NCBI GenBank assembly: GCA_052034495.1
Contig: JBPOIL010000018.1
Location: 1 to 63,450, forward strand
Length of the DNA stretch: 63,450 nucleotides
Source of the DNA: Patescibacteria group bacterium
GTDB lineage: Bacteria; Patescibacteriota; Saccharimonadia; CAILAD01; JADZBC01
Reading direction: 5' to 3'
In this document: piece after piece, positions 9,979 to 20,006 of the stretch
Layout of the letters: every line of letters begins with the position of its first letter
How positions within the stretch are numbered: position 1 is the stretch's first letter
Made by a program: the position numbers and the translations under genes
The notes under the pieces: generated by a model
Seen by the model: only the letters and a program-made list of their open reading frames with translations
Told to the model about the DNA's origin: nothing
Database searches by the model: none

Positions 9979-11703
9979 ATGCAAACCATAAAAGAGCACA
10001 TTACAAGTCTCGTTGAGGCAGCTAGTCTGGCGGCCTATCCTTCGCTGTCAGAATTAGGGAGCTTGGCTGACACGATTAGCTTTCCTGAGCAAAAGTTTGG
10101 TGACGTGGCAACGAGTGTGGCTTTAAGGATAGGGTCACTAACGTCGCAAGATCCCCGTGAGGTTGCCCAGAGGCTCATAGGGCATCTGCCCCAGAACGAA
10201 ATTGTTACGGAATCTACCATAGCGGGTGCTGGCTATATCAACTTTCGGATTTCTTCAGCGGTATTTGCGGCACGAACCAGCTTCATAGCTGATTTTAGTG
10301 CGAATATCGTGCCTGCACTGCAGCAAATCGGCGCCGGCAAGAAGGTAGTTATGGATTACTCACATCCAAATACCGGTAAGCCTATGGGTGTGCACCACCT
10401 GCTCTCAACCATCATCGGCGACTCGGTTAAATTGTCATTGCGCCAGAGCGGCCACGAGGTTGTTGCGGATAACTTTATCGGGGATATGGGCACACAGTTC
10501 GGAAAACTCATTTGGGCCGTGAAGCAGTGGGGAGATACGGCTCAGATAGAGGCTGATCCGATAACCGAGTTACAAAAGCTCTACGTTAAGTTTCACATCG
10601 AAGCGGACGGAGACGTTACGCTCGATGACGCCGGAAGGTCAGAGTATCGTAAGCTCGAAGAGGGGGACGAGGAGAACCGCCGATTGTGGCAGCAGATAAT
10701 TGCTTGGAGCAAGGCGGAGATTCAGCCGATCTATGACGCGCTCGGAGTTGCATTCGACTATATGAACGGTGAGAGCTTTTATGAAGATAAAATGGAGCCG
10801 TTACTGCAGCGAGGCATAGATGAAGGCATCTTCGTCCAAAGCGAAGGTGCTCTGGTATGCCCAGCAGACGACCCTGAGCAGCCCCCGGCACTATTGCGAA
10901 AGCAGGACGGCGCTACGCTATACCTTACCAGGGACTTGGCTCGTATCGATTACTGGGAAAAGACCTGGCAGCCAGACATAATGGTCGTGGTGGTGGATGT
11001 TGCCCAGCAATTTGCCCAAAAACAGCTCTACGCAGTCTCCCGCAAGCTGGATCTAACAGACGCAGACCTGGTTCAGGTGAACTTCGGCCGTATGCGCTTT
11101 GCTGATGGCGGAATGAGCACAAGAAAGGGCAACATTTTGCTTCTCAAAGACCTGATTGAGGAGGCCCGCGAACGTGCCCAGCAGCTTGTATCTGAACGAT
11201 CCCATTTGATGAGCGAGGAACAAATACTCGAGGCTGCTAATAAGATTGCAATAAGTAGTATTAAATACAACATTTTGATGCAGAATAGACTCTCGGACAT
11301 TATCTTCGACTGGAGCACTATGCTCAACTTCGAGGGCAACAGTGCGCCGTACCTCCTATACACGAGTACGAGGATACGTTCGCTTCTAGCTAAATCAGAG
11401 TCTGACAGCACGGGTGTTGATGTGGCGCATAGCTGGGATAGCCCTGTTGAGCGTGAGGTGGTATTACTGCTAGATCAGTACGCGGATCATCTGGAGCGTT
11501 CCGTCAGAGAGTATAAGCCGAGCCACCTCACGAACTATATCTACTTGTTAGCACAGCGTTACAACAGCCTATACAATAACTTGGCGATCTTGCAGGCGAG
11601 TCCATCTGAGCGCGAAGCGCGGCTAAAGCTGAGTCGTGCTGTCGGTGAGGTCTTGGGTCATGCCTTTGGCTGCCTCGGGCTCAGCGTCCCAGAACGAATG
11701 TAG
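9979..11703 (+). CDS. argS: Arginine--tRNA ligase
   Basis: Class I HIGH-type region (HPNTGKPMGVHHL), MSTRKG (KMSK equivalent), and a C-terminal DALR-like anticodon-binding region ending in M. Confidence 0.9.
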   Translation: MQTIKEHITSLVEAASLAAYPSLSELGSLADTISFPEQKFGDVATSVALRIGSLTSQDPREVAQRLIGHLPQNEIVTESTIAGAGYINFRISSAVFAARTSFIADFSANIVPALQQIGAGKKVVMDYSHPNTGKPMGVHHLLSTIIGDSVKLSLRQSGHEVVADNFIGDMGTQFGKLIWAVKQWGDTAQIEADPITELQKLYVKFHIEADGDVTLDDAGRSEYRKLEEGDEENRRLWQQIIAWSKAEIQPIYDALGVAFDYMNGESFYEDKMEPLLQRGIDEGIFVQSEGALVCPADDPEQPPALLRKQDGATLYLTRDLARIDYWEKTWQPDIMVVVVDVAQQFAQKQLYAVSRKLDLTDADLVQVNFGRMRFADGGMSTRKGNILLLKDLIEEARERAQQLVSERSHLMSEEQILEAANKIAISSIKYNILMQNRLSDIIFDWSTMLNFEGNSAPYLLYTSTRIRSLLAKSESDSTGVDVAHSWDSPVEREVVLLLDQYADHLERSVREYKPSHLTNYIYLLAQRYNSLYNNLAILQASPSEREARLKLSRAVGEVLGHAFGCLGLSVPERM

Positions 11704-11722
11704 ATAGCGCACCGACTTTAAC

Positions 11723-13780
11723 CTAAAGGCCACCAACGAGAATCTTCTTGCCACTCAATATATAGACCTGGTTTTGATCATTCGTGGCGTATGCCTGAAT
11801 GGTAGACCCGCTTGGTAGGGCGTACTGCTTGACAAAGCTTAGTCCGCTATCAGCGACAGTCATACTTATCAGGCGCTGCCTACCCTTTGTGGCTGATAGT
11901 GCAGTGGATTGATCAACGAGGCTGATATCAATAAGCCCGGATATGCTTTTTGGTAAATCCTGCACGGGAGTTTCTTCGCCAATACCGTTGGTGAATACCG
12001 CCAGGCTACGAGAGCCGTCCGTAACAATGATTGAGCCATTGATGGCGAGTGCAGTCGAGGACCCGACATCCACCGTGTTGGCCTTTTTAATATAGCTTGA
12101 GCTGGCACTAAAGCCAATCGAGGTGCGGCTGTGCCTGTAGATCTGCTTATCCTGAGGGGAGAGTATATATAAGTTACCTATATAGCTTGCGATGGCGTTA
12201 CCGATTGGCCACGTGCCGCCACTTAACTTTACGTTCGAGAGGGCTTTACCGGGGCTATACTGCCAAACAGAAGATTTAGATGTGAGGATGAATATGGAGT
12301 CCCCTGATGAAGCCGTTGCTGCCGCCACGGCCGAGCGCAGTGCTTCGTTTTGGCCTACCTTCACATACAACTTCTTGGCTGGATCGGCCTGGTAGAGGGT
12401 GCCTGATTTGGTGTCGACGGTATAAAGTCGGTCGTCCATACGTACAAGGAGCGATGCGGAGAAGCCAGAGATTGATGAGAAATCTACAACGTTACTTAGG
12501 CTGAGCCTCGAAACGTTGTTAATCTTATCCTCGATGACGGCAATTTTTGCACTAAGTTGCTTAAGCTCGATGTTCTGCTGGCCAGACAGGTCCGCATCCT
12601 TCTTGATAGCGCGTTCAATCTGGCTCGGAGTATATTCTTCTTGTAGGTCTTTAATTTTAGCCTTTGCGGAGACGACTGCTTTAGAGCTTTGTTCGTCTTT
12701 ACCGAGACTTTCTTGGGCTTCGGCACTTTGAGTGAGGGCAATTACCTCCTTGTAGGTTGTAACGAGGCTGCGATAGTTATAGTTGTTACTTGTGTAAGCG
12801 TACGTACCAATAAGTATGGCTATAACTAAGCCAGCGGTAATCGCCAACGCCTTTCGTGGATTGGGATTAATATGGTTGGTCCAGAGCTTGTTCCACTGAG
12901 TTTTGCTGTGGTGCTTTGCTGTTGGCAGGGCAGAAGTCGTTAGCCAGTGCTGCCCACGCCTTAGACCCATAGTGACTTTCTTCGTTGCCTTGTTGGCAGT
13001 TGGGAGTACCGCAGCCTTGGCATTGTCGAGTTTTGTCTGTTGTCGGCCAGCCATAACGGTGTCGGGGTTGGAATCGAGTGGTTCGTCTGCCGCGTTCTCA
13101 TAGCTAGAAAGCTCAACCATGAGTGCTGCGCAGCGCGCGGCATTCTCGTCCTCGTGGAGCTGTGAATTCATCTTCTGGACGCAGGTGGCAGGCGAGTTGT
13201 CCTGAATGAGCCTATCGAGAGCCTTAGTTTCAAACTCGAACATAACGGCCGGAGTGGCGAAGAACAGCTTATCCTTTTCCTTAAGGGTACCTTCGGCAAT
13301 GCCGTGGAAGGTTTTGGCTGCGTTACTGCCTTCGTTTAGCCCACTAGCCAGATCAATGACGGAGTTTTTGCGATAGAGCTTGGCATGAGCTTTGCCGCAC
13401 TGCGTGAGGTAGAGGCTTTCTTGATTAATCACTCCAATCACAGCACTCAAGCCAGCGAGTTGTTTGCCATGATGTGATTCGTGGAGTTTGGCTAGCTGAG
13501 TATTGAGCGCGGCTACAGCTTTTTCGAAGCGCTTATCGGGCTCATCCGTGAACTTTTTGTTGTAGTACTCTTCGCCAATCGTTTTGATGATAAGGTCCAC
13601 GACCTGGCTAGCTAGGGCATCCTTCGCCATCACCTCTATGGATATAAACAGGCTGCCAAGCTGGTTGTCTTGGTCGGCTGGTGGCTCGAAATGATATGCG
13701 AAAGCAAGCGCGGGCACGGTCGTGTGCTTGGCGGTGTAAGGAATAAGTTTTGCTACGCGTTGAAAGAATTGGGGGTTCAT
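11723..13780 (-). CDS. Hypothetical membrane protein: N-terminal PPM/SpoIIE-like fold, one TM, coiled coil, C-terminal beta-rich (propeller-like) domain
   Basis: 685-aa ORF with TM LAITAGLVIAILIGTYAY. Function unknown; the domain guesses come from sequence pattern only. Confidence 0.6.
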   Translation of the reverse strand: MNPQFFQRVAKLIPYTAKHTTVPALAFAYHFEPPADQDNQLGSLFISIEVMAKDALASQVVDLIIKTIGEEYYNKKFTDEPDKRFEKAVAALNTQLAKLHESHHGKQLAGLSAVIGVINQESLYLTQCGKAHAKLYRKNSVIDLASGLNEGSNAAKTFHGIAEGTLKEKDKLFFATPAVMFEFETKALDRLIQDNSPATCVQKMNSQLHEDENAARCAALMVELSSYENAADEPLDSNPDTVMAGRQQTKLDNAKAAVLPTANKATKKVTMGLRRGQHWLTTSALPTAKHHSKTQWNKLWTNHINPNPRKALAITAGLVIAILIGTYAYTSNNYNYRSLVTTYKEVIALTQSAEAQESLGKDEQSSKAVVSAKAKIKDLQEEYTPSQIERAIKKDADLSGQQNIELKQLSAKIAVIEDKINNVSRLSLSNVVDFSSISGFSASLLVRMDDRLYTVDTKSGTLYQADPAKKLYVKVGQNEALRSAVAAATASSGDSIFILTSKSSVWQYSPGKALSNVKLSGGTWPIGNAIASYIGNLYILSPQDKQIYRHSRTSIGFSASSSYIKKANTVDVGSSTALAINGSIIVTDGSRSLAVFTNGIGEETPVQDLPKSISGLIDISLVDQSTALSATKGRQRLISMTVADSGLSFVKQYALPSGSTIQAYATNDQNQVYILSGKKILVGGL

Positions 13781-13877
13781 GAAGTAAATGAGTGAGTTAC
13801 TGCGTGCTTATGCTTTTGTCCTAGCATAACATTTTTAGGGTTCAACTGCCAGATAAGATAACTGCTATAATACAGAT

Positions 13878-16730
13878 ATGAAGCAAAGTGCTAGCGATCA
13901 CACAACCGGTCTAAATGCCGCACAGGCCAAGGCGGTAACGCACAACACTGGCCCAGCGCTTGTTGTGGCTGGAGCTGGCACGGGCAAAACAACGGTGATT
14001 ACGCGCCGAATTGCCTGGCTGATCGCTACGGGTAAGGCTAAGCCCGATGAAATCCTGGCCCTCACCTTTACTGACAAGGCCGCGCGTGAGATGGAGGAGA
14101 GGGTAGATCGCTTGTTGCCATATGGGGTGGTGAGCACGAATATCATGACTTTCCACGCCCTGGGCGACCAGGTGCTGCGCGACCAAGCATTGGAAATTGG
14201 CATTTCGACTGACTTCCAGGTGATGAGTACCTTCCAGCAGGTAATATTCTTGCAACAAATCTTGCCAGAAATGGAGTTGAGCCATTATGCGCCGCTTGGT
14301 AACCCATATCAGTTCCTGGAGGCGCTCACCCAGCATTTTTCGCGGCTCAAAGACGAGTGCATAACCCCAGAAGCCTATGCGAAGTTCGCGCTGAGGGTTC
14401 GAAAGGGAGCACAGAGTGAAGAGGAGAGGGACGAGGCAGATCGGGTAGAAGAGCTTGCCAGGGCTTACTACGTATATACTCAGATGGCTCGAGAACAGGC
14501 CAAGCTCGATTTTGGCGATCAAATTAGCCTGACAATCGAGCTGTTTAACAAGAGGCCCGCCATCCTTGCCGGTTATCAAAAGCGCTTCAAATACATCCTG
14601 GTCGACGAATATCAGGATACAAATTATGCGCAAAACCAGATTGTAAAAATGTTGTCAAAAAAGCATCAAAACATCATGGTTGTAGGTGATGATGACCAGT
14701 CGATTTACCGTTTCCGTGGTGCAGCAATTGCGAATATCCTGGACTTTAAAGAGCATTACCCCAAAGCCAAGCAAATAGTCCTCATAGAAAACTATCGATC
14801 TACGCAGGAGGTTCTCGATACCAGCTATACACTTATTGGACATAATAATCCTGACCGACTCGAGGTTAAAAACGGCATCAATAAGCAACTCGTTGGCCTT
14901 TCGCATGGCCCGGTGCCAGAGCTCCTGCAGGCCGCTACCTTGCCCGAGGAGATGCAACTTGTGGCTCAACGGGTTGCGCGACTCATTTCAGAAGGAACAG
15001 AGCCTCGAGATATCGCTATATTACTGCGCAAAAACAGCCAGTCTCAGGCTGTAATGCTTGCCCTAGAGGCCGAGGGCGTTGTAGCGGAGACTTCTCAGCG
15101 CGAGAGCTTGTTTGCGCAGGCAGAAACCAAAGCCCTTCTTAATTTCGTAGCCGTCATTAACGACCCACATGATTCAGCCGCTATGTATGGCTTGCTGGCG
15201 GGCGATATTTACCAGCTTAACTTACATTCCCTAGTTGATTTGAGCTCAAAGGCCCACCGCGAGCGCGTTAGCCTGGAGCGTTACCTCAAGGAGCTTGGAG
15301 AGACGGATAGCAAGATATCCGAGGCACTTGAAGCAATCGCGCAGTATCGGGACTTCGCCTCTGAGCTAAGCGCTGGGCAGCTTTTGTACAAATTCATCCA
15401 CGAACAGGGGTATTTGGGTAGGCTGCTTGATGGCGCGGAGGAAAATAGCGCCTCAGCTCGTAAAATTCAGAATATTGCGCAGTTTTTTGGTCTGATCCGA
15501 GAGTTTGAATCAGTTAGCTTAGATCCCACCATTTATCATTTGTGGAGCTATGTGTCGGAAATGCGTGCGTCCGAAGCAGACATTTTGGCTGCCGACTCAC
15601 CACTTGATCAAAACGTAGTGCGCATTATGACGGTTCACAAGGCCAAAGGACTCGAGTTCGAGGCTGTATTCGTGGTAAATCTAGTGAGTGACGTGTTCCC
15701 GTCCAGGCGGATGGCTGACAAGATCAAAATTCCCGATGGCTTGATTAGCATTGAGACCTCGCGCGAGTGGCACGTAGCCGAGGAGCGGCGACTGTTCTAC
15801 GTTGCGCTTACCCGAGCAAAGAAGTACTTGTATCTGTCATGCTCATACGATCATGGAGGCGCTCGGCTGCGTAAAATGTCGCCGTTTGTGTCAGAAGCGC
15901 TTGGTGAAACCTCGCAACTTTCTTTAGAAAGCAAAACAGGCGCGTTGGAGCTCATAAGCCAGTTTGCGCAGCCCAAAGCTGCTGAGCACGATGTGGTGGC
16001 CCACCTGTACGATGACGGTTGGCTAAATCTCACACCCCACCAGATAGATGATTACTTGAGGGACCCTGAAAAGTTCTGGCTGTTCCATGTGCTCAAGTTA
16101 CCACAAGGGCCGTTTCATGCTCTTGTATATGGTTCGGCAGTTCACCACGCTATCGAGTTTTACTATCGGGGTCGACTGGCAGGGCGCAAAGTCGCACTCA
16201 AAGACACGCAGCAAGCGTTCGAAGATGCCTGGTCGAGCGAGGGCTTTGTATCGAAGCGACACGAAGAGCAGCGCCTTATTAGGGGCAGGGAGGTTATTAA
16301 GGATTTTTACAACCGGCAAAAGGCCGCCGAACTTCCTGCTATGGTCGAGCAGCCATTTAGCCTGCTTATTCCCGAGCTGAAAGTGCGCATTAGCGGCCGC
16401 TATGATGCTGTTTTCCGCCATGGTAGAGGTGGTGAGGGGGTCGAAATCCGTGATTTCAAGACGTCTCAGGTCAAGGACCAAGCGGGCGCAGAACGTCGCC
16501 TAAAGGACAACATCCAGCTAGCAATTTACGCCCTTGCCTGGGAGCGCACTACGAATACTCCCGTCTCTTCAGTCTCGCTCGACTTTGTAGAGTCTGGTTT
16601 GATTGCTACTAAAACCAGCATTGATCATGCCAAAACACTCGATGACATCAAAAAGGTAGTGGAGGGAATAGCTCGCCGAGACTTCAAAGGCGGCAAGAAC
16701 TCGCTATATAAGGTAGTCCAACCATGGTAA
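13878..16730 (+). CDS. UvrD/PcrA-family SF1 helicase with a C-terminal PD-(D/E)XK (RecB/AddB-like) nuclease domain
   Basis: Walker A GAGTGKT, DEYQDT (motif II), VGDDDQSIYRFRGA, TVHKAKGLEF. C-terminal GRYDAV...EIRDFKT nuclease motif. Confidence 0.88.
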   Translation: MKQSASDHTTGLNAAQAKAVTHNTGPALVVAGAGTGKTTVITRRIAWLIATGKAKPDEILALTFTDKAAREMEERVDRLLPYGVVSTNIMTFHALGDQVLRDQALEIGISTDFQVMSTFQQVIFLQQILPEMELSHYAPLGNPYQFLEALTQHFSRLKDECITPEAYAKFALRVRKGAQSEEERDEADRVEELARAYYVYTQMAREQAKLDFGDQISLTIELFNKRPAILAGYQKRFKYILVDEYQDTNYAQNQIVKMLSKKHQNIMVVGDDDQSIYRFRGAAIANILDFKEHYPKAKQIVLIENYRSTQEVLDTSYTLIGHNNPDRLEVKNGINKQLVGLSHGPVPELLQAATLPEEMQLVAQRVARLISEGTEPRDIAILLRKNSQSQAVMLALEAEGVVAETSQRESLFAQAETKALLNFVAVINDPHDSAAMYGLLAGDIYQLNLHSLVDLSSKAHRERVSLERYLKELGETDSKISEALEAIAQYRDFASELSAGQLLYKFIHEQGYLGRLLDGAEENSASARKIQNIAQFFGLIREFESVSLDPTIYHLWSYVSEMRASEADILAADSPLDQNVVRIMTVHKAKGLEFEAVFVVNLVSDVFPSRRMADKIKIPDGLISIETSREWHVAEERRLFYVALTRAKKYLYLSCSYDHGGARLRKMSPFVSEALGETSQLSLESKTGALELISQFAQPKAAEHDVVAHLYDDGWLNLTPHQIDDYLRDPEKFWLFHVLKLPQGPFHALVYGSAVHHAIEFYYRGRLAGRKVALKDTQQAFEDAWSSEGFVSKRHEEQRLIRGREVIKDFYNRQKAAELPAMVEQPFSLLIPELKVRISGRYDAVFRHGRGGEGVEIRDFKTSQVKDQAGAERRLKDNIQLAIYALAWERTTNTPVSSVSLDFVESGLIATKTSIDHAKTLDDIKKVVEGIARRDFKGGKNSLYKVVQPW

Positions 16731-16758
16731 TCAACGCGTCAGTTGCTATACTTGGGGC

Positions 16759-17268
16759 ATGAGTAAGGCACGCTACCTTAGCTACCGCGATCAGGATTGG
16801 CTGGAAAACCTCCTGGCAGATGTTTGGTATCGCCATTTCGAGGATGTTCCCCAGAGTAACGAGGTACGGATTGTGTATGGCCGCAAAGCCAAGCGTCGGC
16901 TGGGCTCGATTGGGCGCGACAAGCATGACCCCTCGGTCAGCGTCATAACTATTAACTCGCTATTCCAGGACCTAGACGTGCCAGAATTCGTTATTCGAGC
17001 CACGATCGTGCACGAAATGACGCATTATGCCCACGGATTTGGCTCGCCATTAGAGCAAAAGCATAAACACCCTCATAGTGGCGGGGTAATCAGGCAAGAG
17101 TTCGCCGAGCGGGGCCTAGAGCAGCTGTTTCTGGACCAAAAGCGTTGGCTCAAGGAGAACTGGACGGGCTTTTTGCTAAAGTATTTTCCGCAAGATCGCT
17201 ATATAGTAGTGAATAAAACAACATCTAGGCCTGTACCGTTGCCGTGGTGGTTGCGAGGAATGCGCTAG
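16759..17268 (+). CDS. SprT-like zinc metalloprotease domain protein
   Basis: HEMTHY (HExxH) motif preceded by RRLGS..I.IN, typical of SprT-like or DUF45-like proteins. Confidence 0.6.
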   Translation: MSKARYLSYRDQDWLENLLADVWYRHFEDVPQSNEVRIVYGRKAKRRLGSIGRDKHDPSVSVITINSLFQDLDVPEFVIRATIVHEMTHYAHGFGSPLEQKHKHPHSGGVIRQEFAERGLEQLFLDQKRWLKENWTGFLLKYFPQDRYIVVNKTTSRPVPLPWWLRGMR

Positions 17269-17381
17269 AGCTTGCAATATTACGGTAAATATGCTATATT
17301 AGTGCCACTGTCCTCGCAGTAACTTTAGTGCCATTCCGCGCTGAAGTATGTCTATCCGCTACGGCGGGGAAGAAGGTAAAG

Positions 17382-17711
17382 ATGGGAACGATTCGAGCCA
17401 GCTGCAGCGACTGTGGGGATGTCGAGTTGACATCTGCAGACGTCACCGTTCGGGTTTGTAGTGCCAACTCAGCTGGCAGCTACAGCTTCGCATGCCCCAC
17501 GTGTGGGCGTATCGTTGCTAAGTCAGCAGAACCACGCGTCGTGGAACTACTGGTGACGTCGGGCGTCCGCCTGGTCACCTGGCATCTCCCCGAGGAGCTC
17601 ACCGAGCCCCGCGCAGGAGATCCGATCGACCACGATGATCTGCTCGATTTCCACGGACTCCTGCAGCGTGACGACTGGATCGACACGCTGCGCAAGATGA
17701 CGCCCGGCTGA
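17382..17711 (+). CDS. High-GC small zinc-ribbon protein (CxxC...CxxC), actinobacterial-looking
   Basis: ORF track 17328..17711 starts at GTG; the first ATG at 17382 follows GAAGAAGG. Motifs CSDCG...CPTCG. G/C-rich third codon positions. A GC-rich hairpin GGGCCCGGT-cacgcag-ACCGGGCCC lies downstream (17751-17775). Confidence 0.6.
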   Translation: MGTIRASCSDCGDVELTSADVTVRVCSANSAGSYSFACPTCGRIVAKSAEPRVVELLVTSGVRLVTWHLPEELTEPRAGDPIDHDDLLDFHGLLQRDDWIDTLRKMTPG

Positions 17712-17808
17712 AGAAGCCAGGCACGACAGCCGAGGGGTATACCTCTCACCCGGGCCCGGTCACGCAGACCGGGCCCTTCGCTTTGCAATTATTTCGTATT
17801 GTGTTCGT

Positions 17809-18906
17809 ATGCGGCTCGTGTATAATACGCTTATGGAAGTTTTGGTGGGTATACTTATTTTCGTAATGATTCTGGGCTTTGGTGCAGTGCTCTTTATGCT
17901 GTCACGCAAGGGTTCGGATGCTACCTCCGACGGCTCGCTCGCCATGCTTAAGCAGGATTTACAGGGCATGAGCCAGCTGCTGTCGCAAACCCAGTCACAG
18001 ATGGGAGAGCGGCTGGATAAGAACAACGACGCTATGCGCGACTCAATCCATCGTCAAATGAGCGAATCAGCTAAGTTAATAACCGAGGTTACTGAGCGTC
18101 TAACCAAGCTTGATGACACCAATAAGCGCGTCGTAGATGTAGCTGACGAGCTAAAGACGCTTCAGAACGTACTACAGAATCCTAAACAGCGCGGTGTGCT
18201 GGGCGAATACTACCTCGATACTGTTCTAAAGAATGTCTTGCCGCCGGATCGCTACAAATTGCAGTACAAATTTGAGGACGGCGAGATCGTGGACGCCGCA
18301 ATCTTCCTAGAAGAGGGCAAGGTATTGCCCATTGACTCCAAGTTCAGCCTAGAAAACTACAATCGCCTGATCGAGGAGAACGATAAGACTAAGCGTGACG
18401 CGATTATTAAGGTGTTTAAGCAGGATTTGAAGAACCGTATAGATGAAACAGCTAAATACATTCGGCCCAACGAGGGGACAATGGATTTTGCCTTCATGTT
18501 CATTCCGTCCGAAGCAATCTACTACGACCTGCTTGTGAACAAGGTCGGCATGGTACAGACTTCATCACGCGACCTGATTGAATATGCTTTCCGGGATAAA
18601 AAGGTAATCATTGTATCCCCAACATCATTCATGGCCTACCTGCAGACGGTCCTGCAGGGGCTGCGCTCGTTGCAAATCGAAGAGCAAGCTAAGGAGATTC
18701 AGTTACGCGTAGGCCAGCTCGGACAGCATTTGCGAGCCTACGACACTTTCATGGCCAAACTAGGGAATTCCCTTGGAACAACCGTGAACCACTACAATAA
18801 TGCTCACAAAGAGCTCAAAAAGGTTGATAAAGATGTCGTTAAGATATCTGGTGGCAGCCCCGCTGTAGAGGCGCTGTTGGTTGATAAGCCAAGCTTAGAC
18901 GAGTAA
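17809..18906 (+). CDS. rmuC: DNA recombination protein RmuC
   Basis: N-terminal TM, coiled coil, and a conserved RmuC core (GEYYLDTVL, LPIDSKF, FMFIPSE). Confidence 0.85.
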   Translation: MRLVYNTLMEVLVGILIFVMILGFGAVLFMLSRKGSDATSDGSLAMLKQDLQGMSQLLSQTQSQMGERLDKNNDAMRDSIHRQMSESAKLITEVTERLTKLDDTNKRVVDVADELKTLQNVLQNPKQRGVLGEYYLDTVLKNVLPPDRYKLQYKFEDGEIVDAAIFLEEGKVLPIDSKFSLENYNRLIEENDKTKRDAIIKVFKQDLKNRIDETAKYIRPNEGTMDFAFMFIPSEAIYYDLLVNKVGMVQTSSRDLIEYAFRDKKVIIVSPTSFMAYLQTVLQGLRSLQIEEQAKEIQLRVGQLGQHLRAYDTFMAKLGNSLGTTVNHYNNAHKELKKVDKDVVKISGGSPAVEALLVDKPSLDE

Positions 18907-18937
18907 AGTAGATACAGAACAGAGGAACATAAGGATT

Positions 18938-19918
18938 ATGCGCATACTTTCTGGCATTCAAGCCACCGGCAAGCTTCACATAGGTAATTATTTAGGTATG
19001 GTTCGTCCTTTTGTAGCTATGCAGGAGCAAGGCGAGGCTTTTTACTTTATACCGAATCTACATTCTCTGAACGTGCGTCCTGATGCCGAAACCCTACGCC
19101 ATGATACCCTGGCCAACGTTGCCTGGTTCTTGGCTGCAGGGGTCGATCCAAAAAAGTCGGTCGTCTTCGCACAGTCGCACGTGCCGGCTCACTCCGAACT
19201 ATGCTGGACCCTGAATAACTACGTGACTATTGGCGAACTCAACCGCATGACTGCCTATAAGGACAAAAGCGCCAAAAGGGGCGCCGAAGGGCAGCTGGTA
19301 GCCCTGTTTACCTATCCAATCCTGATGGCGGCAGACATTATTTTGTATGATGCTGAAATTGTTCCTGTTGGCGAAGACCAGAAGCAGCATGTAGAGCTGG
19401 CCCGTGACATAGTAAATAGGTTTAATAAGCTTCACGGCGAGACGTTTGTACTGCCAAAAGCTGTTCTTCCGCCTGTCGGAGCCAGAATCATGAGCCTGCA
19501 AGACCCTGCGACCAAGATGAGTAAAAGCGACCCGAATCAGAGCGGGAACATTATGCTCCTCGACGACGAAGCGACGATTCGCTCTAAGGTAAAAAGGGCA
19601 GTAACAGATGACAAGGGTGCCGTAGTGGTCTCAGAGTCTGGCGGGGCAGTTACGAATTTAATCCATATTTACGCCGGGTTCTCGGGTAAGACTGCTGCGG
19701 AAATTGAATCTATGTACGCAGGAAAAGGGTATGGAGACTTTAAATCTGATCTAGCAGGCCTTTTGGTCGACAAAATAGGCGACTTGCAGCGCACCTTCCA
19801 TGCCCTGATGGCCGATGAGGACTATTTATTGAAGGTACTTGAAGAGGGTGGGGCCAAGGCAGGCACAATAGCTGTTAAGAAGCTTGCTGAAGTAAGGCTA
19901 AAGTTAGGCCTTTTGTAA
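18938..19918 (+). CDS. trpS: Tryptophan--tRNA ligase
   Basis: GIQATGKLHIGNYLG (HIGH), KMSKS, and a length of about 326 aa. Confidence 0.92.
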   Translation: MRILSGIQATGKLHIGNYLGMVRPFVAMQEQGEAFYFIPNLHSLNVRPDAETLRHDTLANVAWFLAAGVDPKKSVVFAQSHVPAHSELCWTLNNYVTIGELNRMTAYKDKSAKRGAEGQLVALFTYPILMAADIILYDAEIVPVGEDQKQHVELARDIVNRFNKLHGETFVLPKAVLPPVGARIMSLQDPATKMSKSDPNQSGNIMLLDDEATIRSKVKRAVTDDKGAVVVSESGGAVTNLIHIYAGFSGKTAAEIESMYAGKGYGDFKSDLAGLLVDKIGDLQRTFHALMADEDYLLKVLEEGGAKAGTIAVKKLAEVRLKLGLL

Positions 19919-19970
19919 AAATTACAACAGTATCTACCAGGTGTAGAGGCCTAAATAGGCATAAAAAGTA

Positions 19971-20000
19971 TTGACATAAGCATAAGCACTCTGCTATACT
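19971..20000 (+). promoter_or_regulatory. Sigma-70-type promoter (TTGACA-18-TATACT) driving the orphan ncRNA
   Basis: TTGACA at 19971-19976 and TATACT at 19995-20000. No ORF downstream. Confidence 0.6.
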
Positions 20001-20006
20001 TGTATC

